A stretch of DNA of 64,000 nucleotides from the human T2T-CHM13v2.0 reference genome, Homo sapiens: the NCBI RefSeq assembly GCF_009914755.1, contig NC_060932.1; one strand, 5' to 3'. The notes under the pieces are model-generated. The model was not told where the DNA came from and searched no databases. It saw nothing but the letters and a program-made list of their open reading frames with translations. Made by a program: the position numbers and the translations under genes. Below are positions 43,328-57,485 of this stretch, piece after piece (position 1 is the first letter of the stretch; each line of letters begins with the position of its first letter).

Positions 43328-43760
43328 TGATTGATTCAACAAATAATTTTTGAGCATCTACTCTGTGATAAGTACTATTTCAGACGCTTCAGATAAGACG
43401 GTAAATGAAAGATGTTCATCCTGTGGTTCTCACTTTCTTGCATTGGGACTCAAACAGTAAAGATAATGAGTAAGCAAATTATAAAATGCATTAGAATATG
43501 ACATGTGCTATGGAAAGGAGGATTGGGGTGTCGTCTGGAGTGGCAGGTTGCAATTTTAATAGGATGGTCAAGGTGACCTTTATAATGACATTTCAGCAGA
43601 GAAGTGAAGGAAGTGAGGTGTGAGTTATGTATTATCTGGGGAATACTGTTCTAGGCAGAGGGAATGGTCAAATTTTAAGGCAGAATTGTTCTTGATTTCT
43701 TTGAAAACATCAAGAAAGATGGTGTCCCTAGAGCAGAATGGGCAGGGAGAAGAGCAATAG
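43328..43760 (-). mobile_element. L2 3' fragment
   Basis: ttcaacaaataatttttgagcatctactctgtg, gacatttcagcagagaagtgaaggaagtgagg, gttctaggcagagggaa. Confidence 0.8.
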
Positions 43761-45009
43761 GCAAGGGAAAACTCATTCAAAATATATCCCATTAGAATTT
43801 CATCCTAAAATTGTATGTCTAACTTCTAAAGATTCTTCAAAAATTATAAAGATAATCTGAAACCAACATATCCATATTTGATGAAATTGTGCAAATGGCT
43901 TTTGAAAGTTATTAACATGTTGAATCTCTTGGAGTCAGGGTAGACAGACAACGTAGTGGGTTAACATGTGACCGTTCCAGCTACTATCTAACTATCTATC
44001 TATCTAAAATATTCTGGATTTGAATTTTGTTGGATTGCATTCTATTTTAGTTGCCTTCATAAATTCATAATCTGTTGTTGTCTCTGTTGAAAGGTTAAGT
44101 ATTTCTACTGCCATTGGGGAAGAAGAAAGGCAACTGGGATATGGAAGAGAAGGAAAACGTCTTTTACGTTTTCCCCATATTCTTTCTATTTGATTTGGAT
44201 TAGATTAGTCAAGGGTATATATGAGTCAAATTATTTATTTAGTGTTGTTCTAATCTCATCTTAGGTATGCTACAGAAAACTAAGACATGGTGTATATCCC
44301 TTCAAATTAAGCATCAGACAAATAGAAAATACTAAACTACTGATTGTGGTTCAGTGGATTGTGGTGGTAATACAGAAACAAGAGTTCAGATCTTGGACAG
44401 TTTTGGATAAACCTATTGGTGACCTTTCATGGTAAGGGACAGTTTGATTGAGCTGAGACTCATCAATCAATGCACTTGGCCGGAAGCACTGGCTGATTGT
44501 TGTCTGCATCAACCTACTGAATCTTTTAGAAGTGCCTGTGTCCTACAAGAGCAGCAGTGGGCCAGTGGGCCTAGGGCCATAACCACAGAAGAACTGAAAT
44601 AGTTAATGGCACCCTGTGAGCCACTCTCATATTCCATAGTACTAGCAGCAAGAAGAATAGATGGATTGATATTGGGGAATGACAGGTTATTTTGTACATA
44701 GGACCTGTGCCTGTGGATAGTTCCTGGCAGGACAAGAGCTGATTTTCTATCTCTACCACACTGAATGTACAATTGGTAGTATCTTAGCTTCATTTGGGGC
44801 TACCAGGAACCAGGGCTCTCTTAGAGACTCAGCCCTTGATGCATTTCTCAGTCAGAGGTAACCTCACTCACTAGGTCTGGTTTAATATGTCCATCCACAG
44901 TTGCACAAGAGGTATTCCTTGATCCAATTTCACATAACATTTTTCACCCCCTGGCTAGGAAACAGAATGAGGATTCATTAATATATTTATTTAAAAAATA
45001 CTGGGTATC

Positions 45010-48000
45010 TACCAAATATCAGACTCTGTGCTCTCTGCTCTGTTTCATTGATCTCTGTGTCTATTGTTTTACTAATACCCTGTTGTTTTGACTACTCTAG
45101 TTTTATAGTAAGTCTCGAAATTAATAGTAGAGTCCTCCAATTATATTCTTCTTCAGTATTATGTTGGCTATTTTAGGCCTTTTGAGTTTTCAAATAATTT
45201 TAGAATCAGCTTGTCAAGACCTACAAAATAGTTTTCTTGGTTTGTATTGGGATTGTGATGAATCTGTAAGTCAATTTGAGAAGAATTGGCATGTTAATGA
45301 TATTGAGCCTTCTAGTCTATGAAGATGGACTATCTTATTTGATTTGTTTGATTAATTTATTGATTTATTTCATCAATATTTAGTAGTTTCCTTCGTACAT
45401 ATTCCATACATATTTTGTTTTGTTTATACCTAAGTATTTCAATTTTTTGGTGCTATTGTTAATGGAATTGTTTTTGAATTTACATTTCAATTGTTCATTG
45501 ATGATTTATAAGAAAGTAAATAATTTTTGTATATTGACCTTATATCCTGCAATCTTGAAATATTCACTTATTAGTTCCAGGAGATTTTTTTTTTTTTTTT
45601 TTTTTGTAGATTAAGTGGGATTTTCTACACAGACAATTGTAATCTGGAAATAAAACTATTTTAGTTTTTCTTTTATTATTTTTATGGCTTTTATTTCTAT
45701 TTCTTGTCTTATTACAGTATCTAAAAATTATAGTACAGTGCTGATAGAAATGGTGAGAGGGAACATTCTTGCCTTGTTTCTAATCGTAGGGAAAAAACAT
45801 CCTGTTCACACCATTACCTGTGGTAATAGCTGCAGGGTTTTTTGTTTATTTATTTATTTATTTATGTATTTCTGAGGAAGTTCCCCTCTGCTTCTAGTTT
45901 GATAAGAATATTTATCATGAATGGATGTTGGGTATTTTAAAATGTGTTTTCTGAATCAATTGATATAATTATATAATTTGTCTTTCTTAGCCTGTGGATA
46001 TGGTGAATTACCTTGATTTTCAAATGTCACACCAGCCTTGCACATCTGGAATAAATCCAAATTGCTTGTGTTGTGAACTTCTTCTTATAAATTCTATAAG
46101 GCTCTTCACTTAGGTGTATAAAGCTTCTCTTTATAAATTGTTGAATTAAATTTGTGAATATTTTTTGAAGATTTTTGCATCTATATTCATGAGAAATATC
46201 AGTCTGTACTTATCTTTTGCTTACCTGGTTTTGATATTAAGATAATGATTATCTACCAGAATGTGTTAGGAAGTATTCCTTCTGCTTCTGTTTTCTGGAA
46301 GAGATTGTGAAGAATTTGTATTATTTCTTTTTTAAATGTTTGATAAAATTCATCAGTGAAACCATCTGGACCTGGTGCTTCTAAGGTTATTAATTAGTGA
46401 CTCAATTTCTTTAATAGATATAGGGCTATTCAGGTTGTCTATTTTCTGTATATTTGGTAGTTTGTGTCTTTAAAGAAATTTGTCGAATACATCCAGTTTA
46501 TCAAAATTGTAGACATAGAGTTGTTTTTATAGATGTTTGTAATATTTCTTCATTATTCCTTCATTGTTCATGGTTCAGTAGTGATGATCTCTTTTATTTT
46601 TAATATTGTTAATTTATGTCTTCTCCTTTTTTCTTGATTAGTCTAGATAGAGGTTTATCAGTTTTCTTGCTTTTTTTTCAAATAACTAGGTTTTGGTTTC
46701 ATTGATTTTTTTCTATTCAATTTTGATTTCTGCTCTAATTTCTTTTATTATTTCTTTTATTCTGCTTACTTTAGGCTTAATTTCTTCTCTGTCCCCAGAC
46801 AGAAACTTAAGTCACTGATTTTAGGTTTTTTCTTTATTTATGATATATGCATTCAATGCTATACATTTTTCTTTAAGTACTGCTTTTACTATGATCTATA
46901 AATTTTGATAACTTGTATCTTAATTTTCATTTAGTTCAAAACATTCCTTCATTTCACTTGAGTTCTACTTTGGCCCATGGTTTATTTAGAAATGTGTTTA
47001 TTTTTCAAATATTTGAATATTTTCCAGCTATCTTTTGACTATTGATTTCTAGTTTAATTCCATCTTGTGGTCTGATAGCATACATTGTATAATATATATT
47101 CTTCTAAATTTGTAAATGTGTGTTTTATGGCCCTAAATTTGGTCTATTTTGGTGAATGTTTCATGTGAACTAGGAAATAATATGTATTCTCTTATTATTG
47201 GTTGGAATATTCTATCAATTTCAATGAGAACAGATTGACTGGTAGTGCTAGTCATGTCATCTAAATCCTTACTGATTTCTTTCTACTCGATCTAGCATTT
47301 ACTGATAGAGGGGTGTTGAAATATCCAACTATAATAATAGACTTGTTTATTTCTCCTCTGAGGTCTATCAGTTTTTGCCTCATACATAGTGAGGCTTTGT
47401 TGTTAAACACATACACGCTGAGTATTTTTTTTTAGAGAAATTGGTCCGTTTATTGTTAAATATTGCTTCTCTTTATTTCTGATAATTTTCCTTGTTTTGA
47501 GTTTGCTTTGCTTGAAACTTACACAGCTACTCCAGCTTTTGTTGTTGTTTAGCGATTTCATGGTATATCTTTATTCATTCTTTTACTTTTAACCCATCTG
47601 AATCTTTATGTTTAAATTGGATTTCTCATTAACAACATATAGCTGGGTCTTGTTACTTTTATCCACTCTGACAATTGGCATGTTTACCAATTATTTTAGT
47701 TGGTATATTTGCACAATTCACACTTAATGTGATTGCTGATATGGCTGATTTTAATATCTACCATGTTTATTATTCTTTCCTATTTGTTACATTTACTCTT
47801 TGTTTCTGTTTTTTTCCCCTCTTTTTCTGCCTTCTCTGGTCTTTATTGAGCATTTTACATGATTACATTTGATCTTTTCTCTTAGAAAATCAATTATACA
47901 TCTTTATAAAATCTTTTTGGTCGTTATTGTAGTTTATGGTATGTATTATACCTTCAAATAGCACTATGTTGCTTCATGGTACAGATAGGTATATTCTCAA

Positions 48001-49917
48001 TTCTTCCTGGCTGGTCTTGCTGTCACTTATTTCACTTATCCTTATGCTATAATCATCATAATCATCCAATAGGATGTTACTATTATAATTTTAATAGTTT
48101 GTGGGTAATTTTGCTTGATATGGAATTTCAGGTTGATGATTTTTTTTCTTTCAACACTTTAAATGTTTCACTCCACTCTCCTTGTTGGCATAGTTTCTGA
48201 TAAGAAATTTTTTGTAATTCTTATGCTCATTTCTCTACAGATAAAGTGTTCTTTTCCCTTCAGCTTCTTATAAGATTTTCTTTTTGTCTTTGGTTTTCTG
48301 TAGCTTGAATATGAAATGCCTAGGTGAGTGTGTGTATGTGTGTGTGTGTGAGAGAGAGAGAGAAAGAGAGAGAGATTGTATGTTATATTTATTCTGCTCT
48401 GAGATTCCTGGATCTATGGTTTGGTGTCTGTCATTAATTTTGGAATGCGCTCAGCTATCATTCCTTCAAATATTTCTTCTGTTCCTTTCTCTCTTTCTTA
48501 TTCTGTATTATAGTTATGTGTAGGTTACATCTTTTAAAATTGACTCACTTCTGTTTTATTTATTCTTCCTCTTATTTGTATTTCAGTTTGGGAAATTTTG
48601 ATTGATCTATCTTCAATTTTAAATTCTTTTCACAGCCTTTTTGTATCTCCTAGTGAACCCACTGAAAGCATTCTTCATCTGTTACATTTTTAATTTCTAG
48701 TGTTTCTTTTTGATTTTTTCTTAGAATTTTCATTTCTGATCAAATTTTTCGTCTTTTCTTGCATGTTGTCTACTTTTCCTATTAAAGTCCTTAGCATATT
48801 CATCATAGTTACTTTTAAATCTCATTCTGGTGAGTCCAACATCTATATCATGCCTGCGTCTGGTTATGATAGGGATTGCTTTCTTTCTTCAAAGTGTGGA
48901 TTTTCTTGACTTTTTTGTTGAAAATCAGTTATGTTAAAAGCCAGACATGCCAGACATAAATAAGCCATTAGTGTGAGAATTTATGTTACATGGGAATTTA
49001 TGCATAAGATTTGGGTTGTATTTAATGTTTGCCAGAAATTTCAAATTCCTCTAGTGTTATTGTTTGACTTTGGCCTTCCCTAAGTACCCCTCCTTAGAGA
49101 GTCTGGGTCTTGCAGCTCTATTAGCTAGAATTCCCTATTATTATACTGGGGACATGTTGGTACAATAGTAAGATTCTGGGGAGAGAGAGCATTCTATAAT
49201 ATTCAATTAAATCTCAGCATTTCAGTGAGCCTGTGTCTTGGGGCTGTGACTCTTACAATAGTTTCCCCAATTGTATAGCTTTTTACCCCACTCCTACTCT
49301 TTTGTGACTGTAATATTTGCAACTATTTCCTAAAAGCCCTGACCCCTTTTGACTATTTTTCTTCCCTTATGTGAGACAGAAAGGCAGCTTGAGTTGGGTA
49401 AATACTCTCCATTTAGGTGGGTTAAGCCTGTGGTAATTATCTTTTTCCCTGTAGAGTAGGCCTTCGTTACTGTGAAGGCTGTTGATGTATTTTACAATGA
49501 TTACTTTCCCCATCATCCTACCAGAACCATGAAGTCTCTTTCCTGGAACTTCACATTGGGAACTTGGTGGGATTCCTGCAGGTGAAGCCTACAACAGTAT
49601 GGAGGACCCCCTGAGACAACAGCTCTCATAAGTTTCTCACTCTCATACCAATCCATATTTAGCCTTCAGAAATGCATTAGAATTTCCATTCAAGTGTTTC
49701 TACCAGTTTATGGTCCCAACAGCTTCTGCTTTAGGGAAGCAGTTGTGACTCTCTGGATGCACTTGTTTTCCATATTTTGGAGTGGCAGTTTGCCTTGAGT
49801 TCTCAGTTCTCTGTTGGGTCCAAGAAAAGTCACTGATTTTCAGTTGTTCAGCTTTATCTTGTAAAACTGGGAGGGACAACTTCCAAGCTCTGGGACTTTG
49901 GAGCTGGATTAAAAGTT
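45010..49917 (-). mobile_element. Long ancient L1M (MC/MD-like) running from mid-ORF2 to the 5' end
   Basis: Continuous reverse-strand L1 text (tttagaatcagcttgtc, ggtgagaggggaacattcttgccttgtt, cagtgaaaccatctggacctgg, gggtgttgaaatatccaactataat) ending in acttccaagctct..gagctggattaaaagt; no intact ORF. Confidence 0.9.
48327..48375. repeat. Compound (TG)n(GA)n microsatellite inside L1
   Basis: Directly visible. Confidence 0.9.
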
Positions 49918-51059
49918 ACATCTTCTCCTTTTTAACTTGTTTTTCCAGCCTCCATATTTTATTGTTTACTCTAATTTCCATCACAACTCCCTTTTTTTCA
50001 TTAATTTTTTTTTCTATTTGAATATTGGGGGCTTTTAAGCATTTCCCATCAGCCAAATCTGAATTTATTGTCTTGTGCTTGGCAGTCACAATCACTGGTG
50101 CTACCTTGATGGCTTCTATTTTAGGCTGCAGGGTCACCAGGAGACAAATGCTACTTTTATTCACATATTAGCAACATTTGGCAGTAACAAACTTGTTTAT
50201 AGTGAAAAATGCATTAGTAACTTACTCTAAGGGGTGAAACACTAGATTAGAGAGTGTCATGAACCAGGAAAGAGCATTGTTATCAGAGGACCTGAAGTAT
50301 ATCAGTCAGCATTTCAAATATCCTTATTTTAAATATCATGTGCTTAAATGTTTAGTGTTTGGGGGGTCCTTTAGAGTATCCAGACAAAGTCATAAACAAA
50401 CGATACAGGTGGTCAACAGACATTAGATCAGTGTACACCAAATTATTATAGAATAGGATCTCTACACTCAATAAATGGACTCAAAAGAAAACTATAACAA
50501 ACACATACAGAGTCCAGAAGTGAAAAGTAAAACAACAACAGTGAAAACCCTACCTCAGCACATCTACTTTGGGTGTGGTTGTTGCACTGAGAGTATATTT
50601 CCTTAAATAAACTTTCAGTAATATGAAGGTTAAATAATCCCGGGAAAATAAAGCTGTTTTTTAGTTTTCTTCAGAAGACAAAGGAAACACTTTTGTTCCC
50701 ATGTTGATCAGTTTGGTGGATTTAATCTAGAACCTGCAGGGTCAAGAACAAGAATAACAGAAGCAGTGAGAGATCTTTGTTAAGATAGTGATTTCCCCCT
50801 GTGTTTTTGCTATGAGGTGGCTGATTTGAGACACATGGTATAGAAAAATACAGTGTAGCTTGGGGCAAGATAAATTTTTCAAAATTTGAAAAATTATCCT
50901 AGTGAATAATCTGTGCAAAGATATGCATCACATCTTGATTTATAATAATAAAACTTGAAAGAATCTAGATAGTCGTCAACTGAATACTGTACTTCGCTCA
51001 TTCCATGGAATACAATATAACCATAGTATCATTTTTGCTCTATTTCAGAAAAATATTGC

Positions 51060-52695
51060 ACTTGCTAAGATCATCAGTGTTCTCCTTGCTGACAAGTCCA
51101 GTGTACAGTTCTTTAGCACTTACCCTACTGTGGAAGCTCAGTTCCCTGGGAAACAGACTCTAAAATACAGATTTATATGGATGGGAGGTTAAAGAGCACT
51201 CAGGAGCAGCACCAGTGCAGGAGTGCAGGATGCAACACTAGGCTGAGGGAGAACAAAGGCTGAAGCCCATCCTAACGGGCAGTTCTGAAGCTGAGAAGAC
51301 CCTTGATGGTTGTCTTGGATTGGGGCAAGGGTTGGGACTTTCTTTGCCCTTGTTGAGCAGTCATCACATGCTGGCCATTATGCAAGGAAGACATGACCTT
51401 AGGCAAAGTAGTTCCCTTTAGCCGAAGGCAGTTCCCAGAGAAGGGTCAGCTGAGAGCTATTGACCTCCCAGCAAATGGAGGAATGGGGGGTAGAGTAGAA
51501 GGGAAATCTGGCCATACACCGTATAATCTACTCCTTCTCCTTCACTTCTTGCCATCGTTTAGTATGATTAGATGTGCCTTCTTTCTGAAGGCTCTTCCCT
51601 TTGCTTCTGAGTAGCCACATTCTCTTGGTTTCTTTTTTTCGTTTCCCTCTGAGTCTCATCCTTCTTACCCAAATTTCATAGGGATTTCCCTGGACCTTCA
51701 TTTCTTTTCACTCTACCCACATGAGCTGATTCTTTCTCATGTCTTCAAATATTAGCTGATAACTTTATAACAACTCACATCTCTCAACTACCTCCAGTTA
51801 GAACTATGTACCTAACCGATTATTATTCCTTATTTTTTCTTGATTGTGTCATAGGCATCTCAAACTGAGCACTTTTGATGAAAACTGAACTCATTATTTA
51901 CAGTTGCAATCCTCTTTCAATGTTCTCCATCTCAGATGCTCATGCTACAATCCAGAAAGTCATCCTTAACAGCTCCTGCATTATATCCTCATTCAAGAAT
52001 GACCTAGTCCTGGTGAATTTGATGAATAAAATTAATCTCACATACATCTCTTCTGTTATTTTTTTTTCTATGTCTATTGCTACAACCAGCTTTTGTCTGC
52101 ACTGCTATGATAGTCTCCTAACTGGCTTCCCAACAGCTACTTTTACTTCCCTCAAACTCATTCTTCATACTGCAACTATTATGACTGTTTAGGAATACAG
52201 ATATTACCGTGTTACTCACATGTTGAAAACCTTGCAATAAGCCCCCTGCACACTTAGAATCAAGTCTAAAATTATCGCCATGACCTAAAAGGCCCTTTTG
52301 AGGGTACACTAGACTTATGTGTATTTCTCAAATCTGTTTTTCATATGCTGTTCCCACTGCCTGGAAGATAGTCCCCTCAATATTTCCATAATACTTGATA
52401 ATTCTTTACATTTCAGGACAGAATCAATATATCACTTTTTCAGAGAAGTCTTTTCCTTCTTCCCTGGCTAAATTTGCTTCCCCTGCTAAATGCATTTTTA
52501 GCATTCACTCTTTTCCCAGGTGCCGTATCAGAATTTTATATATAATATATAAGTTTTATTTGTCATCTCTCTCCCACATTAGACTGTAAATTCTTGAGAA
52601 CTAAAACTATGATTTTTGGTTCACCACTGGACTATCAGCATTTAGAAAGTTTCTTGAACATGGCAGCGTCTCAATAAATTCTAGTTGAGTATTAT
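51060..52695 (+). mobile_element. L2 LINE segment up to its 3' end, interrupted by an LTR
   Basis: ataggcatctcaaactgagc..aaaactgaactcatt, atagtctcctaactggcttccc, cacattagactgtaaattcttgag, ctcaataaatt. Confidence 0.8.
51130..51525 (-). mobile_element. LTR33-type (ERVL) solo LTR
   Basis: gttccctgggaaacagactct, gttctgaagctg, catgaccttaggcaaagtagttccctttagccgaaggcagttcccagagaaggg..cagctgagagct match the reverse strand of LTR33. Confidence 0.75.
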
Positions 52696-53629
52696 TAAAT
52701 ACACACATGTATATAGAGATTACATACATACACACATAATAAAATACAAAACAAGTCTGGAAGATACGACAGGAAATCATGACTTCTATATATAAATTCT
52801 GAAAATGTGTTAGAAAATTGAGGGAATAAAAGTTGAACAGCATATTATGAGGGGCAAGGAACCTTCCTAGAGAAAGAAGACACCTCCTTATATCTGCTCC
52901 AGCAGTCCTAGACTCTTGAGTTCCAGCAAGCCCCACAGCTATTGAGAGTACCAATGAGCAATATGTAAAATGATGCAGGCTGAAAGCACTGTGAAGATCT
53001 AGAATTATTGTTTCCTGGGATTTTAGTGCAATCCTAAATGAACTGATGATTTTGAACTTGAATAAGTATTAAAATAGGAATTATTGGAGAGGAACCACAT
53101 TTTTTTCTAGCAACCTGAGATTTCCTTGGTGAATAAGAAAAATTCCATGTTGAATGGGAGGCTGCCTGAATTGTTTCATTTTTTCCTGGGGAACTTGCCC
53201 CTGAATAGGCCATGTAGGTCTATGATGTCATAAAATGCCAGGAGCAGCTTCTAAAGCAACATTTTCCCCATAGTTAATATGTGGACTTGTGTGTGGTTTT
53301 GACTGGGAAAGCCAAATAATCTTTCACTGAGTTAGGATGCTACCTGCTTGATTTTTCCTTTTTCATGAATGTTAAACATGAGCTATACATAAGAACAGGC
53401 TACCTTTTGCTATGCAGCATTTAGCCTGAGATTCTCAGACTCAACCTGGTACACGGGGATCCTAAAATTAAGAGGCAAGAGCCTGACTTATGATTCGGTT
53501 TAGAAAGGTGTGCGGTGATTTAGTTTAAGCAGTCATGCAAATGTATGATCCAAGAAGCATTTTCACCAGTCCAGAAATTGCTGGTTTGTATTTCCCTAGT
53601 TAATCAAATTTCTCCTGTGTTTGGCCTAG

Positions 53630-53685
53630 TGACTATGATGTAATACAGCCTGCGAAATGGGTGCATCTTATTTAAATAGACCTTG
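53630..53685 (+). other. Candidate exon (56 nt)
   Basis: Acceptor tttctcctgtgtttggcctag|, donor TTG|gtaagt followed by a U/UG-rich tract. Confidence 0.3.
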
Positions 53686-54123
53686 GTAAGTTTCTTTTTG
53701 TGTTGTTGCCATTTTTTGTGTGTGTGTTTGTGCTCATCTCTGTAAGATTTTAGGAGAGACCCGATGTAGGTGTGATTTCAAGTCTATTTGTTTCCTAATG
53801 TCTCTGAGAGTAAATAAATGTGTATAATAATTCAGAAGCATTAACTTCAGAACTTTTGCAGGAATCTCGGGGAGTGCCAAGTTTGTGGTATGTGTTTGGT
53901 ACATGCTTATTGATGAAATAGGCAATGGAATAAAGAGAATGATCAGCCATATTACCATTTTGTGATCCGGAGTTTGAATACGTGAGTTACTGATAAAAGT
54001 TAGGGTGTTGGATGCCCTTTCATTCTTCTCCTGTCTCATCATGGATTATAATGAGTTATGTTCCAAAGTGTGATTTTTCTTGTATGCTTTGATATTAACA
54101 CATCACAGCTTTCTCTGTTTCAG

Positions 54124-54141
54124 TGGAATTTGGATAAGCAG
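54124..54141 (+). other. Candidate 18-nt microexon
   Basis: ctttctctgtttcag|TGGAATTTGGATAAGCAG|gtgagt; both sites are close to consensus. Confidence 0.4.
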
Positions 54142-55249
54142 GTGAGTTAAATGAAAAGAATTGTGAATAAATCTTAGTTTCTAGCATACAAAATAAATTA
54201 TCTTCCTAATTTTAAAACCTAAATGAAAAATTTAAAAGTCCTTGGCTCCAGGGTGTTTACAGTTACCATATGACCAAGTGCAGCTAGAGATCATCTAATG
54301 ATCTATTTTATATTCCCTGACTCCAAATCTGCTGTGGAAAGCACTAGGCAACTGACTGAAGACCTTTCCTGTAAACTAGGCAGAAATTCTGAAGTAATGA
54401 ACTGTGCTCCCAGTGTGGGTACCATAAACTTTGTAATGAATAACACTCTTTGAATGTCTGGACAAGAAAGATGTCTCACTCCAGGGGGGATGTTTTCCTT
54501 TCTGTAACCAAACTGTGCTTAGCTGATATTTGAAGCCTGACTTCACACTCTTCAGAGTTCTTCTTTGATCCAATATGGTTTAGTCAAATTGACTCTGATA
54601 TGTTTGCAGATTGGAGTAGGGGTTAGGAAAATGTGGGTGTGAGGGTGTGAACCCATATGTTTCTCTTCAGCTGGGAATTTGCCAATATTTGTCCTCTAAG
54701 GAATAAGATTCCCTTTCCAGTTTTGATTGATCGATGGTAAGAAGAGATTCCAATATAGCTTTTGGCTCTAAATGCTTTGGGGGAGAGTCCCAAAAAAGAG
54801 CCACAAGGTTGGATGTGGTTTGACAAGTGAAATACAGAAGGGGAGATGAAAGAAATGTCAGGCTGGAGGAATGAACATAGGAACAATTGACTAATGGTCT
54901 TCAAGCATGGAAGAAGAGGGTTGATTAGTTCTCCAGACATACAGAGGAGAAAAATAAGAAAACCGCGAAACTGTAGACTATTGTATGAATGCTGACCCCA
55001 CCTAAACATTTTTGTCAGTTAAGTTTATTGAACTAAAAGAAAATTATCAATGGAAATCATGAAATATTTTCCAGAGTTTTTATAATGAGGCAATTCTCTA
55101 TCTTATCTCGCTTAGATGTTTGATATGCTTTACATTAGAGAAAAGATGATTGATGATACCTTTTAATATATGGAAATTTGGTATGTGTGGAAGCTTATGT
55201 TATCATTCAGCAAACACTTACTAGCCTTCCATCATCTGCCCTCCAGCCC

Positions 55250-55620
55250 CTCCGTGGCAGATGGTGTACTTTCCCACCAAATGGACATTGGGCTTAGCTC
55301 TTGATGTGCTTTGAACAAGTGGATCAAAGTGAAGGGTATCAGTTCTACAGTTCTAAGCCTTGTCCTTAAAAGACATCACATGTTTCCACTTAGCTACCTG
55401 GTAGTTTCTGCCTTCCATCATGAGAAAAATATGCTCTAGGTGTGCCTTCAATTCTGGATTCAGGCTGGGCCCCTCTAGACTGGATCCAAATTGACACAAA
55501 TGCTATATAGACCAGTTGACCCCCAGCCTGAAGCAGAGCTGTCCTAGCTGCCTTGTAGACCCATGGGTGAGAAATAAATGCTCATTGCCTGTGTCACTAA
55601 AATGTGTGGTTGTTTACATG
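55250..55620 (+). mobile_element. Old MLT1-type LTR
   Basis: gtgtactttccc..gacattgggcttagc, ctgccttccatcatgagaa, cagcctgaagcagagctg..gagaaataaatgctcattg. Confidence 0.7.
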
Positions 55621-56527
55621 AGTTCAGTGGTTATTCATCAAGTCTTTATTGGGCATTTACCATGTACCAAGCTCTGTGCTAGATCCAGGAGATACAAAAG
55701 ACCCAGCATTCAAAGAGCTTCCAGTCTATTGAAGGAGATGAATATGTACACAATGAGCTAGGTTCATAAAAGGCACCATAAGTCTTTTGACAAACACTAA
55801 AAGAGGTAAAAGTATAGTGTCATGCAGGTTGAGGAATTGAAGAGATAACCAGCTTGAAGGGGGTGAGAGTATATTAGGGGTGACTTCATAAAGACCGGTT
55901 GTTGAATATGTTAATTGGAAACACTGCTTGTATAAATTGCATTGACTAATGCCTCGTGTATATGTATGTGTGTGTACATGGAAGATACTTGCCTCCCATA
56001 GTGGAGCTATTTGATTTGTGTCATGCATGAAACAGCTTTACAGAATGAGGGTCAAACATAGGTATCCACAGCATGAGGTCATTTTCAAAACTCAGTTTTT
56101 AAATGAGTAACATACCAATTCACCAATTTTATCTGTATTCATACAAATATAAAAACCATGTTACACAAACTGGGATTTAAAGTTCTCATATGATGAAAAA
56201 TACACAAACTAAATTTGTTGAGTCTTTTTGGAGCAGAAGTAGTCAGTTCCTAGGAAGTAATTCTTTTTGTGAAAAGTCAGATTTCTCATGAAGTGCTGGT
56301 ACTATTGGAGTCATAATAAAAAAAATTTACATTTATCTCTGCAACAAGTAAATAGAATAAAATTTCAGGAGAACAAACTTCAAGATAAAAATTTGATTTT
56401 TGACATCTTGACTTTATGGTTTAGCTTTCAGTTTAGCTGTAGATTAAAGGACAAAGTCAAGACTTCAACAAATATTTATTTGTTTATTATTTATTTACAT
56501 TAAAATGGAAAGTTCTTTCCTGTCAAG

Positions 56528-56760
56528 TTAAGAGCACAGGTTGTGAACTCAGGATGCCTGGATTTGAATTTCATGTTCAGTTTTTACCAGAAATATGACA
56601 TTGAGCAAGTTCTAACTCTAACCTTCAGTATTTCATTCTGTAAAGTGGAGCTAATAACATCTCAAAAATTGTTGAGAGAATGTGGTAATATACTTTGCAT
56701 TGTGCCCAGAATTTGGAAAAATGTCAATGAATGTTAGCTGCTGTTGTTATTATTGTTATG
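56528..56760 (+). mobile_element. MIR SINE
   Basis: ttaagagcacagg..tgcctggatttgaat, gacattgagcaagtt..ccttcagtatttcattctgtaaagtggagctaataac. Confidence 0.85.
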
Positions 56761-57485
56761 ATGGTAGCTAACTTTCTTGCAGTAGAGGAATAACAACATT
56801 TAACATATAGTAGTAGTTATTATCTATGAGACATTTGTGAGTACGAATATATGAGTATAAAAACCTGTACCCTTAAATTATGCACTGAAACTTTGTATTC
56901 TTTTGACTTCATGTAACTGAGAACAAAACTTGAGCTCACCTGAATCCTCTAGACTTTATGAAGTACTGTTAGAAGACACTTGTGACAACAAACAGCACAG
57001 AGAACCACATTCCCTGCCTTTAACCTCTGAGTCACAGTTATACAGCATAAATCATACAAACCGTCTCGGACATGTACTATAGCTCAAGTCTCTCCTCCTC
57101 AATTATTTTCTTTTAAACTCAATCTGTGAGGAATATTTGGGTAAATAACCTTTCTCCTTGTTTCTGTTACTTTCCACATGTCAAAAATAGAATATGGCCA
57201 AACTATTCTTTTCCACATTACTCATTTTAACCAGGAGTGCTCAGAAAAGTTTGGAAATGACTTTCAGAGAAACATTTTTAATTGTTTTTAATTTATCTAA
57301 AAACAGGCTAAAAAGTTTAATTAACAGGCTCCAAGTAACAGTTATACCATTTTTCCTCTGCTATCAGCTTTCACTTTTATTTACGATGAGTGTCCCCTTG
57401 TGTCTCCTCTACGCCAAGGTCCACTATCACTAATATTTCTGTGATATGTGAATAAACCTAAATGTAAAGTTAGCACTTGCAATCA

